The notes beneath the pieces are model-generated. The model ran no database searches. It was not told the DNA's origin and saw nothing but the letters and a program-made list of their open reading frames with translations. DNA of 50,655 bases from Pelomyxa schiedti (Eukaryota > Protista > Evosea): positions 1 through 50,655 of the forward strand of contig JAHLWZ010000486.1 of assembly GCA_020536535.1 (NCBI GenBank), given 5' to 3'. Below are positions 48,834-50,655 of the stretch, piece after piece; the stretch's first letter is position 1; the number at the start of each line of letters is the position of its first letter. A program made the translations under genes and the position numbers.

Positions 48834-50655
48834 TTAAGTAGCAGTATTTCCAGAATTGGCAGCCTACTGGAAAAGAGCAGCCCTGTTGAAATCCTTTTCA
48901 ACACCAAGTCCTTCTTGATAACACAGAGCAAGGCAGTTCATTGCCTCGTAATCACAAAAATCAGTGGCCTTCTTGAAAAGTAATGCAGCCTTGCTGTGGT
49001 CAGTCACAACCCCTGCACCATCTCAATAACACAGGGGTGTAGGTGTGGGAAGTAATCCCACAGTAGCAGTAGCACTGGTAACGGAAGTGTGTTCCCCAGT
49101 ATTACTGGCATGTTCTGTGTTTAATTCCACCCAAAGGAAACCACTTGCACCTCCTTGTTCAGAACAGAACGTTTTCCACAAGGCAGCAAAGTATTTGCAC
49201 TCAAAAAAAGTTTTCACCTCAGAGACTAGAGCTACAGCAGTGTCAATAGAACTTCCATGTTGTGGTTATGAGCCACAAAGTCACAGGATATGTGCCTTGT
49301 CCACAGTATTTTTAACACTAATTCTGGGATTGTTACTCTGTTGGGGCAGTCATTACCCAGTACTGCTAGGTCGATATATGTGGGTGTGAGTGACACCTTT
49401 CCCAGTAGAGCCACATGAATTCCCTTTTCATGGAGGGTCCTCATATGTTGTTTATTGAAGGATAAATAATAGAGAACCAGTAAGGCAGGTGAAAAGAAAG
49501 GTGCCACTTCTAATGCCTGACACAGTGTGGTAACGCAGTCTTCCATTGCATGACCACTCAGGATTTCACAAATCGCCTTCATTGTCAACCATCCTGATTT
49601 TATATGAGTGGTTAATATCATGATTGGCATTCAAGCCTGCATCTTTTGTTTGTCCTGGGTTCCATCCACGGTTGTATGTAAAATGATAGAAGTTCTGCAG
49701 GACTTGGATCATTTATGGATGCCAATACCTCTGAGGTGTCTAAAAGGGGTATCCTTTTTTCTGGGTCACACTGAAGTAAGGCATGAACGAGGTGCCGGAA
49801 CTCTCTTGGGAATGCTTCCGGTGTCATCGGAAACAGGTTACTGTCAGAAATGTAATCTGACCAGCGGAAGAATAAGGAATTGGATACTCTGGCAGTGGGT
49901 GCTGCCCCAACATCGCGAGTTCAAACAAAATACACCCAAGTTCAAATGATGGTTGCTTTCGTGCTGTTTAAATATTATAGAAATGAGTGGCAGCAAACCT
50001 TTTCACAGTTCAGCATTGCGCCATGAACTGGAACTTTGCTGTGTAGAGAAATTCCGTTGTGGATCTCAGGAGCTGTATGGTGCTTATTCCCAAGTATCGT
50101 GGGAAGAGCTACTGTTTCCTTCTCAAATGAACCCTTGGGAAATTTCGTGGCACAACCAAAGTCAATCACAATTGCTTGCTCTTTGCTCTTTGTCAAGTGG
50201 GGTTAGTCATGTTAAGTTGTTTTCAGCTGAAAAACACACAGATGAGACAACATGTCAAAGTGAATAGTTTGATTCTTGTAGAGATGTAATTTCTAAATTT
50301 TGGTCCTTCAACATGAGTAATACCGGTTGATGTTTGGGTGTGGATCAATTGTGGAGGAAACATTGTACTCATTCTTGTATGAAAAGTGGTCAGACTCTCG
50401 ATAACAAATAGCAAAATAATCTTACCTTAAAAGCACGGGGAATGGACTTTGTAGCCACACCGAAGTTGAATATTGCCTTGAGTGCATAAGAGTGATTACT
50501 GAAGAAATCAGGGTGTCCCTTCCCAATGCATTTGACCTCATACACAATTCCTTGTTTGGAGATTCCCAAGTGTAGCCAAGGCAACACCACAAACAAACAC
50601 AAAAAAAAAAAAAAACCAAAACCAAACAAGACAAAAAGAAAAGGTGTGGGCGACA
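48834..50655 (-). pseudogene. Protein kinase + Sel1 repeat gene, apparently degenerate; 5' end lies outside the window
   Basis: GIVYEV...YALKAIFN, IHFDM, VIDFG, GNKHHTAPE, LLQCDPEKRI and Sel1 EAMNCLALCYQEGLGVEKD. There are stops or frameshifts near the catalytic loop and an in-frame TAG at 48866-48864. Confidence 0.65.

Noticed and set aside
48037-48866. In-frame TAGs in Sel1 repeats as evidence of stop-codon reassignment
   Set aside because: URM1 ends in GG-TAG, and RasGEF, the mannosidase and USP also end in TAG. Frameshifts co-occur, so pseudogenisation explains the stops.
1-50655. tRNA or rRNA genes
   Set aside because: No cloverleaf or rRNA signature was recognised by eye. tRNAscan-SE and Infernal were not run.

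Overview
Gene-dense, intron-rich eukaryotic DNA with short GT-AG introns and the standard code. The gene families and style suggest an amoebozoan protist, possibly Pelomyxa-like; this is inference only. From left to right: a ~1 kb diverged duplicate of 18387-19371 followed by a 100-N gap; a partial low-complexity gene; an intronless orphan-family gene; a 2-TM/HAMP class IIIb adenylyl cyclase; an ~11 kb USP9X/24/34-like deubiquitinase; a secreted protein built from two tandem unknown domains; 14-3-3; a GH38 alpha-mannosidase with an unusual N-terminal three-repeat Cys-rich module; an F-BAR gene; a RasGEF; a ~1.36 kb TIR-bounded non-autonomous element; a triple ADF-H/coactosin protein; a large orphan gene; a long perfect hairpin; mannose-6-phosphate isomerase; URM1; a WWx3-DH-PH-DH RhoGEF; and decayed kinase/Sel1 sequences. 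The best novelty candidates are the perforin-2-P2/PilV-like module fused to the mannosidase, the duplicated secreted tandem-domain protein, the TIR element and the hairpin. All gene models were spliced by eye and no database searches were run.
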